64,000 nucleotides of DNA, from the NCBI GenBank assembly GCA_002291925.1, contig DBAY01000007.1:7853-71852 (forward strand), read 5' to 3'. How positions within the stretch are numbered: position 1 is the stretch's first letter; every line of letters begins with the position of its first letter. This document shows, piece after piece, positions 54,390 to 63,576 of this stretch. The translations under genes and the position numbers were made by a program. The notes beneath the pieces were generated by a model. The model was not told the origin of the DNA, did not search any database, and saw only the letters and a program-made list of their open reading frames with translations. Source of the DNA: Alphaproteobacteria bacterium UBA998. Lineage in GTDB: Bacteria > Pseudomonadota > Alphaproteobacteria > Rickettsiales > UBA998.

Positions 54390-56666
54390 ATGCCCGAATT
54401 GCGTATCGTCAAGGATGAGCCCTCACCGCTCGCGCTGCTGCGCGACGTGCGGGACGTCATGACCGGCACCGGCACGCCGCAGGCGCGGCTGGACCGGCTG
54501 GTGCTGCTGATCGGCGACCGGCTGCGCTCGGAGGTGTGCTCCATCTATCTGATGCAGCCGGGGCAGGTGCTGGAGCTCTACGCGACGGCGGGTCTGAACA
54601 AATCGGCCATCCATGCCACGCGGCTGAATGTGGGGCAGGGTCTGGTGGGCGAGATCGCCGCCGAGGCCTCGCCGCTCAACCTCGCCGACGCGCAGAGCCA
54701 TCCGAAATTCGTCTATCGCCCGGAAACGGGGGAGGAGCGTTTCCAGTCCTTCGTCGGCGTACCGATTCTCACCAACCACCAGGTGCTGGGCGTCCTCGTC
54801 GTGCAGAGCGGGCAGGCCCGCGTATATTCGGAAGACCAGCTGGAAGTGCTGCAGACGGTGGCGATGGTCATTGCCGAGCTGGTGGTGGGGCAGGCGCTGG
54901 TCGACCAGGTGGCGCTCACCCGCGAGAAGCGAGCTTCCACCCTCTCGCAGACCTTTGGCGGGCAGTCGCTCTCCGCCGGGCTCGCCAAGGCTCCGGCGGT
55001 GCTGCACCGGCCGCAGATTCGCATCAAGGAGCTGGTGACCGACGACCCGGTGCGCGAGGAAGCCCGGCTGGTCGCCGCCATCGAGGCACTGCAGGAAGGC
55101 GTGCGCCAGCTCATCCAGTGCTCCGATCCGCTCTCCTCGGCCCATGCCGAGATTCTGGAAACCTACGAGATGCTGGCGCAGGACAAGGGCTGGAAGAACA
55201 GCATGATTCAGGCCATCCATACCGGCCTTACCGCCGAGGCGGCGGCGAAGAAGGTGATGGAAGACCTGCACGTGCGGCTGGAGCAGGCGCAGAACATTTA
55301 CGTGCGCGAGCGCATCGAGGATCTGGAAGACCTCACCACCCGGCTGCTCTACCATCTCACCGGCGTCAGCATCACCTCCGCCCATTCGCGCCTGCCGGAG
55401 GCGTTCATCCTCGTGGCGCGCAGCCTTGGCCCGGCGGAGCTGTTGGAATATGGACAGGAGCGCATCAAGGGGCTGGTGCTGGATGAGGGTTCGGCCGCCT
55501 CGCATATCGCGATCATCGCCAAGATGATGGATATTCCCGTGGTGGCGGGCATCCGCGACGCCACCGACATCGTGCAGCCGGGCGACACGGTGGTGGTGGA
55601 TGGCGACCAGGGCGAAGTCTATATCCGCCCCTCCGACGATCTGGACGCGGAAATCACCGAGCTGCTCCGCCTGCGCGCCCAGCGTGACGAGGCCTACCGT
55701 GCCCTGCGCGGCGAACCCACCATCAGCAGGGACGGCCAGCGCGTGAAGCTCATGCTAAATATCGGCCTGAACCTGAATGCGCGCGATCTGGGGGCGGTGG
55801 ATATCGACGGCGTTGGCCTGTTCCGCACGGAGCTTCCCTACCTCACCGCCAGCCATTTCCCGACCGTGGAGAACCAGCAGCTGCTTTACGCCAGCATCCT
55901 GCGCCAGTCGCATGGCAAGCCGGTGATCTTCCGCACCTTCGACATTGGCGGCGACAAGCCGGTGCCTTACATTCACATTCCGCCGGAGGAAAACCCGGCG
56001 ATGGGCTGGCGTGCCACCCGCATCGGCCTCGACCGCCCGATGCTGCTGCGCCGCCAGTTCCGCGCGCTGCTGCTGGCGGCGAGCGGCCAGAAGCTGCATG
56101 TGATGTTCCCGATGATTGCTACGGCGGAGGAATTCTACGCCGCCCGCGCCCTGCTGATGCATGAATACCAGCTGATCGAGGAAGCGGGCGAGATGCCGCC
56201 CTCCGCCATTCGCATCGGTATCATGCTGGAAGTGCCCTCCATGCTGTTCGAGCTGCCGCATATCCTGGGCGAGTTGCAGTTCATCTCCATCGGCAGCAAT
56301 GACCTGCTGCAGTTCCTCTTCGCCGCCGACCGCGCCAACGACCAGCTGACCAGGCAGTATGGCGGGCTGCGCGCGAGCGTGCTGGGCCTCCTGCAAACGG
56401 TGGTGCGCCATTGCGAGGGGGCGGGGGTGGAGGTCAGCTTCTGCGGCGACATGGCCACCCGCCCGCTCGATGCGATGGCGCTGCTAGGCTGCGGCATCCG
56501 CTCGCTTTCGGTAGCGCCGCGCGCCATCGGCCCGCTGAAGATGATGATTTCCTCGCTCGACGTCGCCGCGTTGACAGATTATTTAGACTTCCTCTGTAAG
56601 GTCGAAACCGGGTTCTTGCGCGGCCATCTCACCGCCTGGGCCCGTGACCATCACATCTCTTTCTAA
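54390..56666 (+). CDS. ptsP: Phosphoenolpyruvate-protein phosphotransferase PtsP (EI-Ntr, N-terminal GAF domain)
   Basis: GAF domain followed by an EI core (GSAASHIAIIAKMMDIPVV with the phospho-His context; FISIGSNDLLQF). Confidence 0.95.
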   Translation: MPELRIVKDEPSPLALLRDVRDVMTGTGTPQARLDRLVLLIGDRLRSEVCSIYLMQPGQVLELYATAGLNKSAIHATRLNVGQGLVGEIAAEASPLNLADAQSHPKFVYRPETGEERFQSFVGVPILTNHQVLGVLVVQSGQARVYSEDQLEVLQTVAMVIAELVVGQALVDQVALTREKRASTLSQTFGGQSLSAGLAKAPAVLHRPQIRIKELVTDDPVREEARLVAAIEALQEGVRQLIQCSDPLSSAHAEILETYEMLAQDKGWKNSMIQAIHTGLTAEAAAKKVMEDLHVRLEQAQNIYVRERIEDLEDLTTRLLYHLTGVSITSAHSRLPEAFILVARSLGPAELLEYGQERIKGLVLDEGSAASHIAIIAKMMDIPVVAGIRDATDIVQPGDTVVVDGDQGEVYIRPSDDLDAEITELLRLRAQRDEAYRALRGEPTISRDGQRVKLMLNIGLNLNARDLGAVDIDGVGLFRTELPYLTASHFPTVENQQLLYASILRQSHGKPVIFRTFDIGGDKPVPYIHIPPEENPAMGWRATRIGLDRPMLLRRQFRALLLAASGQKLHVMFPMIATAEEFYAARALLMHEYQLIEEAGEMPPSAIRIGIMLEVPSMLFELPHILGELQFISIGSNDLLQFLFAADRANDQLTRQYGGLRASVLGLLQTVVRHCEGAGVEVSFCGDMATRPLDAMALLGCGIRSLSVAPRAIGPLKMMISSLDVAALTDYLDFLCKVETGFLRGHLTAWARDHHISF

Positions 56667-56675
56667 TCACAGTCC

Positions 56676-57305
56676 ATGACGCCCACCCCGCCGCCCTTCC
56701 ATGATTACCGCGACATCGGCCGCATGCTGCGCGACACCCGCGAGAGCATGGGTCTGGCCACCGAACAGGTGGCCGCGCAGCTCAGGGTGCGCAACAAATA
56801 CCTGCAATCGCTGGAAAAGGGTGAGCTGGGCGATATTCCGGGCGAGGTCTATGCACGCGGTTACCTCAAGCTTTATGCGGATTTTCTCGGCTATGACGGC
56901 CAGCAAATTTTGAATCAGGTAAACGCCGCGCCCGTGCAGGCCGCCACGCAATACCTGCCGCCGGAGAAGGAAGAGCAGACGCGCTCCACGCTCTTTGCCC
57001 TGCTGGCATCGCTGCTGGCGTTGCTGGCCGTGGTGCTGTGGCAGATGAGCCAGCAGAAGGAAGACCACCCGCTCAACCTGGTGGATGCCGTGCCTTCCAT
57101 GGCCCCTGCTTCCGGAATGCCGCAGAATCCCTCGCAAGCCTCCGCCTTCCCCGAGCTGTGCGATACGAGCGGCGAGAATCTGCTGCCCGATGCGGTCTGC
57201 CGCGGCGATGCGCTGCTCACCACGCCTGAGCCAGATAAGGAAAACGCGCTTACCACCATCATGGAGCTGGAAAAGCCGGACGCCATGTGGCGCCCGCGCA
57301 TGTAG
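56676..57305 (+). CDS. HTH (XRE-like) plus single-TM protein, RodZ-like
   Basis: IGRMLRDTRESMGLATEQVAAQLRVRNKYLQSLEKG...YARGYLKLYADFLG, then a TM helix. It sits directly upstream of ispG-hisS, as rodZ does in E. coli. Confidence 0.7.
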   Translation: MTPTPPPFHDYRDIGRMLRDTRESMGLATEQVAAQLRVRNKYLQSLEKGELGDIPGEVYARGYLKLYADFLGYDGQQILNQVNAAPVQAATQYLPPEKEEQTRSTLFALLASLLALLAVVLWQMSQQKEDHPLNLVDAVPSMAPASGMPQNPSQASAFPELCDTSGENLLPDAVCRGDALLTTPEPDKENALTTIMELEKPDAMWRPRM

Positions 57306-57436
57306 GACGGCGTGTAAAGCCCCTTGCCTTCTGAAGGCAGGCCCGGTATATCGCTTGGCAAGAATGAACGCCCCGCTGATAAGCGGAAGCCGCGCCGGAA
57401 TGTGTGCGGCGCTAACGGAAAAACCCGTTGTTTGTG

Positions 57437-58663
57437 ATGATTCCAAGGCGCAAGACGTACACTGCGATGGTTGGTCATGTCCCGGTCGGCTCGTCCGCCC
57501 CGGTGATGGTGCAGTCCATGACCAATACGGACACCGCCGACGTGGCCTCCACCGTGAGCCAGGTGCGCGAGCTGGCGGAAGCCGGCTCCGAGGTGGTGCG
57601 CATCACGGTGAATAACGAGGAGTCCGCCGCCGCCGTGCCGCGCATCCGCGAGGCGCTGGATACACAGGGCTGCGACGTGCCGCTGGTGGGCGATTTCCAC
57701 TATAACGGCCACCGGTTGCTGGCGGACTATCCCGCCATGGCCGAGGCGCTGGCGAAATACCGCATCAATCCTGGCAATGTCGGCTTTGGCGCCAAGCATG
57801 ACAGCCAGTTCGCGCAGATGATCGAGTTCGCGCTGAAATATGACAAGCCCGTGCGCATCGGCGTCAATTGGGGCAGTTTGGATCAGCGCATCATGGACCG
57901 TCTGATGGACGAAAACGGGTTATTGCCGGAGCCGAAATCGGCGGAGGAGGTAGGGCGTGAAGCGCTGATCGTCTCCGCGCTGGATTCGGCGAAACAGGCC
58001 GAGGCCATCGGGCTGCCGCCGGAGCGCATCCTGCTCTCCGCCAAGGTGAGCAAGGTGCAGGACCTGATTGCCGTCTACCGCGAGCTGGCGCGGCGCTGCC
58101 TGTACCCGCTGCATCTGGGCTTAACGGAAGCGGGCATGGGCTCCAAGGGCATCGTGGCCTCCACGGCGGCGCTGGCCGTGCTGCTGCAGGAGGGGATCGG
58201 CGATACCATCCGCGTGTCGCTCACGCCGCGTCCCGGCGAATCGCGCACCGAGGAAGTGCTTGTCGCGCAGAATATTCTACAAACCATGGGCCTGCGCTCC
58301 TTCATACCGCTGGTGACGGCCTGCCCCGGCTGTGGGCGCACCACCAGCACCTTCTTCCAGGAACTGGCCGAGCGCATTCAGGACTATCTGTGCGCCCAGA
58401 TGCCGGTGTGGAAAGAGCAATATGTCGGCGTTGAGGCGATGAACGTGGCCGTGATGGGCTGCATCGTCAACGGCCCCGGCGAGAGCCGCCACGCCAATAT
58501 CGGCATCTCGCTGCCGGGCACGGGTGAATCGCCGGTCGCCCCGGTGTTCGAGGACGGCGTGAAGACGGTGACGCTGCGCGGCGAGCGCATCGCCGAGGAG
58601 TTTCAGGCGCGTGTGGCGGCCTATGTCGAGCGCACCTACGCGCGCAAGCGGGAGGTGGCGTAA
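57437..58663 (+). CDS. ispG: 4-hydroxy-3-methylbut-2-en-1-yl diphosphate synthase
   Basis: [14 protein letters not shown] and RINPGN motifs, with C-terminal Fe-S cysteines ([16 protein letters not shown]). TTG 57428 and GTG 57434 are alternative starts. Confidence 0.95.
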   Translation: MIPRRKTYTAMVGHVPVGSSAPVMVQSMTNTDTADVASTVSQVRELAEAGSEVVRITVNNEESAAAVPRIREALDTQGCDVPLVGDFHYNGHRLLADYPAMAEALAKYRINPGNVGFGAKHDSQFAQMIEFALKYDKPVRIGVNWGSLDQRIMDRLMDENGLLPEPKSAEEVGREALIVSALDSAKQAEAIGLPPERILLSAKVSKVQDLIAVYRELARRCLYPLHLGLTEAGMGSKGIVASTAALAVLLQEGIGDTIRVSLTPRPGESRTEEVLVAQNILQTMGLRSFIPLVTACPGCGRTTSTFFQELAERIQDYLCAQMPVWKEQYVGVEAMNVAVMGCIVNGPGESRHANIGISLPGTGESPVAPVFEDGVKTVTLRGERIAEEFQARVAAYVERTYARKREVA

Positions 58664-58678
58664 TGCGCAATAATATAA

Positions 58679-58746
58679 TGTCATTCCAGCGCAGGCTGGA
58701 ATCCAGATGTCCTGTCCACTGGATTCCAGCCTGCGCTGGAATGACA
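58679..58746. repeat. Perfect 28-bp inverted repeat (two head-to-head REP-like units) between ispG and hisS
   Basis: TGTCATTCCAGCGCAGGCTGGAATCCAG (58679-58706), a 12-nt spacer, then the exact reverse complement (58719-58746). Each arm is itself a hairpin ATTCCAGC-GCAG-GCTGGAAT. Confidence 0.9.
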
Positions 58747-58760
58747 GAAAGCCGAGTTTT

Positions 58761-60020
58761 ATGACGCAAGCCCTGCAACCCGTCCGAGGCACCCATGACC
58801 TGATCGGCGAGGAGATGCGCCGTCACCGCTTCATCGCGGACACCGCCGCTTCCATCGCGGCGCGTTACGGGTTCGCGGAGATGATGCCGCCGGTGTTTGA
58901 GTTCTCGGACGTCTTCCACCGCACGCTCGGCGAAACCTCGGACGTGGTGAGCAAGGAAACCTACACCTTCACCGACCGGGGCGGCGAGTCCATCACGCTG
59001 CGCCCGGAATTTACGGCGGGGGTGGTGCGGGCCTTCATCTCCAACGGTCTGACGCAGCAACTGCCGTTCAAGGCGTTTTATGCCGGGCCTGCCTTCCGCT
59101 ATGAGCGTCCGCAGAAGGGCCGCCTGCGCCAGTTCCACCAGATCGGCATCGAGGTGCTGGGGGCGGACGCGCCGTGGTATGACGTGGAAGTGATCGCCTG
59201 TGGCTGGCGCATGCTGGAAGCCTTCGGCCTCGGCCAGCATGTGACGCTGGAGATCAACTCGCTCGGCGATGCGGAGAGCCGGAGCGCCTACCGCGCCGCG
59301 CTGGTGGAGTATTTCTCCGCGCACAAGGCGGATTTGTCGGAGGATTCGCAGCGCCGTCTGGACGCCAACCCGCTGCGCATTCTCGATTCCAAGGATGCCG
59401 GTGACCGCAAGCTCATTGCCGATGCGCCGGACCTCTATGATTATTTCACGCCCGAATCCCATGAATGGATTGCGCAGGTGCAGGAAGGCTTGGCGGCGCT
59501 TGGCATCGGCTACCTGCTGAACCCGCGCATCGTGCGGGGGCTGGATTATTATACGCATACCGTCTTCGAGTTCACCACGCAGGCGCTCGGCGCGCAGGGC
59601 ACCGTGCTGGCGGGTGGCCGCTATAACGGGCTGGTGGAAATGATGGGCGGCCCTAACATCCCCGGCATCGGCTTTGCTGCCGGGATGGAACGGCTCGCCA
59701 TGTTGATGGCGCAGGTGGCCCCCGAGCGCATGCCGGAAGCGGCGAAGGCCCTGGCCCTCATCCCGATGGGCGAGGCGCAGCTTCCCGCCGCGCTGAAACT
59801 GGCCAATGATCTGCGCACGCAGGGCCATGCCGTAGAACTGGTGGTGCATGGCAATGTCGGCAAGGCGCTGAAAAAAGCCGATAAGCTCGGCGCGAAGCTG
59901 GCCCTGATGCTCGGCGAGGACGAGGCGGCCCGTGGCGCGGTGATGGTGAAGAACCTCGCCGCCGGGACGCAGGAAGAAGTGGCGCAGGTGCTGCTTCATG
60001 AACGATTGGATGTTGCATAA
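58761..60020 (+). CDS. hisS: Histidine--tRNA ligase
   Basis: Start at MTQALQPVRGTHD (ATG 58761). Class II motifs FRYERPQKGRLRQFHQ and GGGRYNGLVE-like (AGGRYNGLVEMMGG). Confidence 0.95.
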   Translation: MTQALQPVRGTHDLIGEEMRRHRFIADTAASIAARYGFAEMMPPVFEFSDVFHRTLGETSDVVSKETYTFTDRGGESITLRPEFTAGVVRAFISNGLTQQLPFKAFYAGPAFRYERPQKGRLRQFHQIGIEVLGADAPWYDVEVIACGWRMLEAFGLGQHVTLEINSLGDAESRSAYRAALVEYFSAHKADLSEDSQRRLDANPLRILDSKDAGDRKLIADAPDLYDYFTPESHEWIAQVQEGLAALGIGYLLNPRIVRGLDYYTHTVFEFTTQALGAQGTVLAGGRYNGLVEMMGGPNIPGIGFAAGMERLAMLMAQVAPERMPEAAKALALIPMGEAQLPAALKLANDLRTQGHAVELVVHGNVGKALKKADKLGAKLALMLGEDEAARGAVMVKNLAAGTQEEVAQVLLHERLDVA

Positions 60021-60033
60021 TGCGTCGTTTGAT

Positions 60034-60145
60034 GTCATGCCAGCGAAGGCTGGAATCCACAGGGCGCTCGTCGCGCGCAACGCCACATGGCCTTGCGCTG
60101 GATTTCGGGACGGCGGTCAGCGCTGCCTCCCTTGCCCGGAATGAC
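60034..60145. repeat. Degenerate REP-like units of the same family downstream of hisS
   Basis: GTCATGCCAGCGAAGGCTGGAATCC (60034-60058), GCGCTGGATTTCGGGAC, and the terminal CCCGGAATGAC (60135-60145). Confidence 0.7.
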
Positions 60146-60150
60146 ATATC

Positions 60151-60184
60151 ACTGACCACTGAATACTGACGACTGACCACTGAG
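60151..60184. repeat. Five tandem heptamers ACTGANN (ACTGACC ACTGAAT ACTGACG ACTGACC ACTGAG) ending at the prfA ATG
   Basis: Read directly from the sequence. Period is 7. Confidence 0.8.
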
Positions 60185-61261
60185 ATGCTTCAGGACAAAC
60201 TGGAAATCATCCTTCGTCGCCATGACGAGCTGAACGATCTGATTGCGCGGCCCGATGCGCTGGGGCCGGGTGAGTTCAGCCGGCATTCGCGCGAGCTGTC
60301 GGATCTGGGGCCGGTGGTGGAAACCATCCTCGCGCTGAAGGCGGCCCAGCAGGAATTGAAAGACACTGAGGAGCTGCTCGCCGACGCGTCCACGGACGCC
60401 GAAATGAAATCGATGGCCCGCGAGGAAAAGGCGGGGCTGGAGAAGCTCATCCCGCTACTGGAGCGGCAGGTGCAGCTGGCGCTGCTGCCCAAGGACGAGG
60501 CGGATGCGAAGAACGTGATCCTGGAAGTGCGCGCGGGCACGGGCGGCGAGGAGGCCGCGCTGTTTGCGATGGATCTGTTCCGCATGTATCAGCGTTTCGC
60601 CGAGCACATGGGCTGGAAATTCGAGGTGATGTCGATGTCGGAAACCGGCATTGGCGGCGTCAAGGAAGCCAGCGCCAATATCAGCGGGCGCAATGTGTTC
60701 GGGCGGCTGAAGTTTGAGTCCGGCGTGCATCGCGTGCAGCGCGTACCGGCGACGGAAGCGGGCGGTCGAATCCACACCTCGGCGGCTACCGTGGCGGTGC
60801 TGCCAGAAGCCGAAGAGGTGGACATCCAGATCGACGAGAAGGATCTGCGCATCGACGTATTCCGCGCTAGCGGCCCGGGCGGACAGTCGGTGAATACGAC
60901 GGACTCCGCCGTGCGCATCGTGCACCTTCCCACCGGCGTGACGGTGCAGCAGCAGGACGAGAAATCGCAGCATAAGAACAAGCTGAAGGCCATGAAGGTC
61001 CTGCGCGCGCGGCTGTATGAAATGGAACGCGAGCGCCTCGCCGCCGAGCGTTCCGCCAACCGCAAGGGGCAGGTCGGCTCCGGCGACCGCTCCGAGCGCA
61101 TCCGCACCTATAACTTCCCGCAGGGCCGCGTGACGGATCACCGCATCAACCTGACTTTGTACAAGATCGACGACATTCTGAACGGCCCCGGCCTCACCGA
61201 GATGGTCGAGGCACTGGTGGCCAATGACGAAGCGGAGCGTTTGGCAGAACTGACGCGGTAG
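60185..61261 (+). CDS. prfA: Peptide chain release factor 1
   Basis: PAT-like region [14 protein letters not shown] and GGQ motif [23 protein letters not shown]. Confidence 0.95.
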   Translation: MLQDKLEIILRRHDELNDLIARPDALGPGEFSRHSRELSDLGPVVETILALKAAQQELKDTEELLADASTDAEMKSMAREEKAGLEKLIPLLERQVQLALLPKDEADAKNVILEVRAGTGGEEAALFAMDLFRMYQRFAEHMGWKFEVMSMSETGIGGVKEASANISGRNVFGRLKFESGVHRVQRVPATEAGGRIHTSAATVAVLPEAEEVDIQIDEKDLRIDVFRASGPGGQSVNTTDSAVRIVHLPTGVTVQQQDEKSQHKNKLKAMKVLRARLYEMERERLAAERSANRKGQVGSGDRSERIRTYNFPQGRVTDHRINLTLYKIDDILNGPGLTEMVEALVANDEAERLAELTR

Positions 61262-61277
61262 TTGGAAAAACCTTGTG

Positions 61278-61359
61278 GTTAGTCGAGGACAGGATGTCCG
61301 AGTCAGCCATGAGCCCGCGAAGCGGCAGCCCATTGCGGAGGCCAGCAGGCCGGAGCAGG
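61278..61359 (+). repeat. Copy B of the ~80-nt dispersed intergenic element (partner at 1416-1497)
   Basis: See copy A. The 27-nt identical core is at 61300-61326. Confidence 0.75.
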
Positions 61360-61381
61360 AGCAAAACAAAAAGAGGACTAA

Positions 61382-62281
61382 ATGAAGGCACTGAAGAAGA
61401 AATCCGATCCAGCCACATCCAGCGACGCGTTGCTTGCAGAAGCACGTCAGGCGCTAGAGGCGGCAGGCGTGCCAAACGCGGCGCTGGATGCGCGGCTGCT
61501 GCTGGCGCACGCGATGGGCTGCACGCCCGAGGCGCTGCTTTCCGGCGTGGATGTGGCCGCCGATCCGGAGCAAGCCTTCCGTGACCTCGTCCCCCGCCGC
61601 GCCGCGCGCGAGCCACTGGCGAAGATTCTCGGCTATCGCGATTTCTGGAAAGACCGCTTCCGCGTCACCGCCGATACGCTCGACCCGCGCCCGGAAACGG
61701 AGACGGTGATTGAGGCGATTCTGGCGCTTCGCCCGCAGCGCGCGTCGGTCACATCGATTCTTGACCTCGGCACGGGTACCGCTTGCCTTCTGCTGTCGCT
61801 GCTGCGTGAGTTCCCGCAGGCGCAGGGGCTGGGGGTGGACCTCAGCGAGAAAGCCCTGCAGGTGGCGGAAGCCAACGCGCACAACCTTACACTTGCCGAT
61901 CGCGTGCAATTTCTGCGCTCTGACTGGCTGACGGCAGTGGAAGGGCAGTTTGATGTCATCGTCTCCAACCCGCCCTACATCGCCGCGGGCGACCGTGCCA
62001 GGCTGATGCCCGAAGTGCGCGAGCATGACCCGGCGCTGGCCCTGTTCGCCGGGGCGGAAGGGCTGGATGCCTACCGCACGCTGCTGCCGCGCGTGGGTGC
62101 CTACCTTGCGCCGAAAGGCCTTCTGGCGCTGGAAGTGGGGGCCGGGCAGGCCTCCGCCGTGCAGGCGCTGGGCGAGGCTGCCGGCCTCAGCCATCGTGGT
62201 ACTGTGAATGATTTGGCGGGCATCCCCCGCGTGATCCTGTTTCAACCCGCAACGCCTGTGAAGGACTATGCAAATGCGTAA
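61382..62281 (+). CDS. prmC: Release factor glutamine N5-methyltransferase
   Basis: ILDLGTGTAC (motif I) and VSNPPYI (NPPY) motifs. It lies directly downstream of prfA. Confidence 0.9.
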   Translation: MKALKKKSDPATSSDALLAEARQALEAAGVPNAALDARLLLAHAMGCTPEALLSGVDVAADPEQAFRDLVPRRAAREPLAKILGYRDFWKDRFRVTADTLDPRPETETVIEAILALRPQRASVTSILDLGTGTACLLLSLLREFPQAQGLGVDLSEKALQVAEANAHNLTLADRVQFLRSDWLTAVEGQFDVIVSNPPYIAAGDRARLMPEVREHDPALALFAGAEGLDAYRTLLPRVGAYLAPKGLLALEVGAGQASAVQALGEAAGLSHRGTVNDLAGIPRVILFQPATPVKDYANA

Positions 62282-62906
62282 ACGAATGCCCTATAACAAC
62301 ATGCGCAATAACAATAACATGAACCGGGGCAACCGGAACAACAACATGCGCCGCCCTATGCGCGGCGGGTTTGATGACGAGGAAATTCATCCGCGTCAGC
62401 GCAAGCACGCGCAGAACATGCGCGAGAAGTACCTGAACCAGGCGCGCGATGCCCAGATGGGCGGCGACCGCGTGCAGGCCGAATACTGGCTGCAGCATGC
62501 CGAGCATTACTCGCGCATCCTGAACGCCATCAACGAGATGTTCGCGCCCACCCACCCCGAAGGCGGCGAACACGGCGCAGGCGCGGATATGGCAGCCGAT
62601 GAGGGCGGCGAACACGCCGCCGCGCCGATGATGGATGGCGGAGAAGGGGCAGACGGTCAGCCCGGCCAGCAGCAACGCCCGTTCCGCCAGCCGCGCCGTC
62701 CATATCAAGGACAGCAGCAGCAAGGCGAAGGCGGTCAGGATGGCCAGCAAGGCCAACCGCGCGGGCGTGGCCAATGGCGCCAGCCGCGTGAGCGCCGCCC
62801 CGAGCAGGCCCCGGCCGAACATGCCGCGCCGCAGGAAGAGCTTGCCCTGCCGCTGGCTTCGGTGCTCCCCGCTGCGCGCATGGACGATGACGAGCCGATG
62901 GCCTGA
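62268..62906 (+). CDS. DUF4167 domain protein (Asn/Arg-rich N-terminus)
   Basis: QRKHAQNMREKYLNQARDAQMGGDRVQAEYWLQHAEHY matches the DUF4167 core that commonly follows prmC in Alphaproteobacteria. The start is uncertain (62268, 62274 or 62286). Confidence 0.75.
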   Translation: MQMRKRMPYNNMRNNNNMNRGNRNNNMRRPMRGGFDDEEIHPRQRKHAQNMREKYLNQARDAQMGGDRVQAEYWLQHAEHYSRILNAINEMFAPTHPEGGEHGAGADMAADEGGEHAAAPMMDGGEGADGQPGQQQRPFRQPRRPYQGQQQQGEGGQDGQQGQPRGRGQWRQPRERRPEQAPAEHAAPQEELALPLASVLPAARMDDDEPMA

Positions 62907-62937
62907 GCGGCCCTTCAGGTTGTAGCCAGAAAAAGAA

Positions 62938-63525
62938 TCAGTGGAGGGTGACGCCCGGCGGCAGCGTGATGGCGGCCCGGCCCTGCGGGGCAGCCTCGGA
63001 CGTGGCGATGCGGCTCTGCGGGGCGGGCGCGGAGGTATCACGCGCCACAGCCACCGGAATCGCTGGGGATGAAGTGACGTGGCCCGCCCGGCCTTCCACG
63101 GCGTTCGCGATGGCTTTCACTACTTCCTCGCCCGTGTGCTTACCAATGTTCTTGGCGTGAATCTCTTCAAAATTAAGGCTGTTGTCCACGCGGATGCGGT
63201 TCTCGATGCTGCTGGAGATCAGGCTGGTGGCGCCCAGCGCCGCGCCAATGCTAAGCGAAATATACATGCTGGCGTAGTTAGCGACTGCCGCGCCTGCACC
63301 AAGGCCTGCGGTTGCCATGAGGCCCGCCACGGCACCGGTGCCGATGAGGGTGGCTGTCATCGCCCAGAAGGTGAGCTGGCTGACCTTGCCCCAGAAATGG
63401 GCGCGGCGGCTGTTGATGCGATGCTGCTCCTTGCGCAGGGCGATTTCGGGATCGTCTTGCGAGACGTCTGCGATTTCCGGCTCAGGCCGGGTCATGCGGC
63501 GAAGACTGCTGAAAAGTAACGGCAT
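62938..63525 (-). CDS. Orphan membrane protein with a bilobed (two adjacent TM) hydrophobic domain
   Basis: 195 aa. Hydrophobic region LTFWAMTATLIGTGAVAGLMATAGLGAGAAVANYASMYISLSIGAALGATSLI. No recognisable family. Confidence 0.55.
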   Translation of the reverse strand: MPLLFSSLRRMTRPEPEIADVSQDDPEIALRKEQHRINSRRAHFWGKVSQLTFWAMTATLIGTGAVAGLMATAGLGAGAAVANYASMYISLSIGAALGATSLISSSIENRIRVDNSLNFEEIHAKNIGKHTGEEVVKAIANAVEGRAGHVTSSPAIPVAVARDTSAPAPQSRIATSEAAPQGRAAITLPPGVTLH

Positions 63526-63576
63526 GATGTCAGTCTAGCAACATCTGACTGAAATTGTATGACAGAATAGTGAAAT

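Noticed and set aside
58467-60086. 539-aa ORF on the - strand, and similar long antisense ORFs (42900-44330 +, 10419-11738 -, 53196-54101 -, 29794-30954 +)
   Set aside because: Each is antisense to a well-supported gene (hisS, the HExxH orphan, rfbH-like/GT2, NMO, rnd). The ends that contain IPAFAGMT or SSLRWND are translations of REP-like repeats.
60185-61261. Programmed frameshift in the release factor gene
   Set aside because: That mechanism belongs to prfB (RF2). This gene is prfA-like (PAT-type region, followed by prmC) and is a single uninterrupted ORF.
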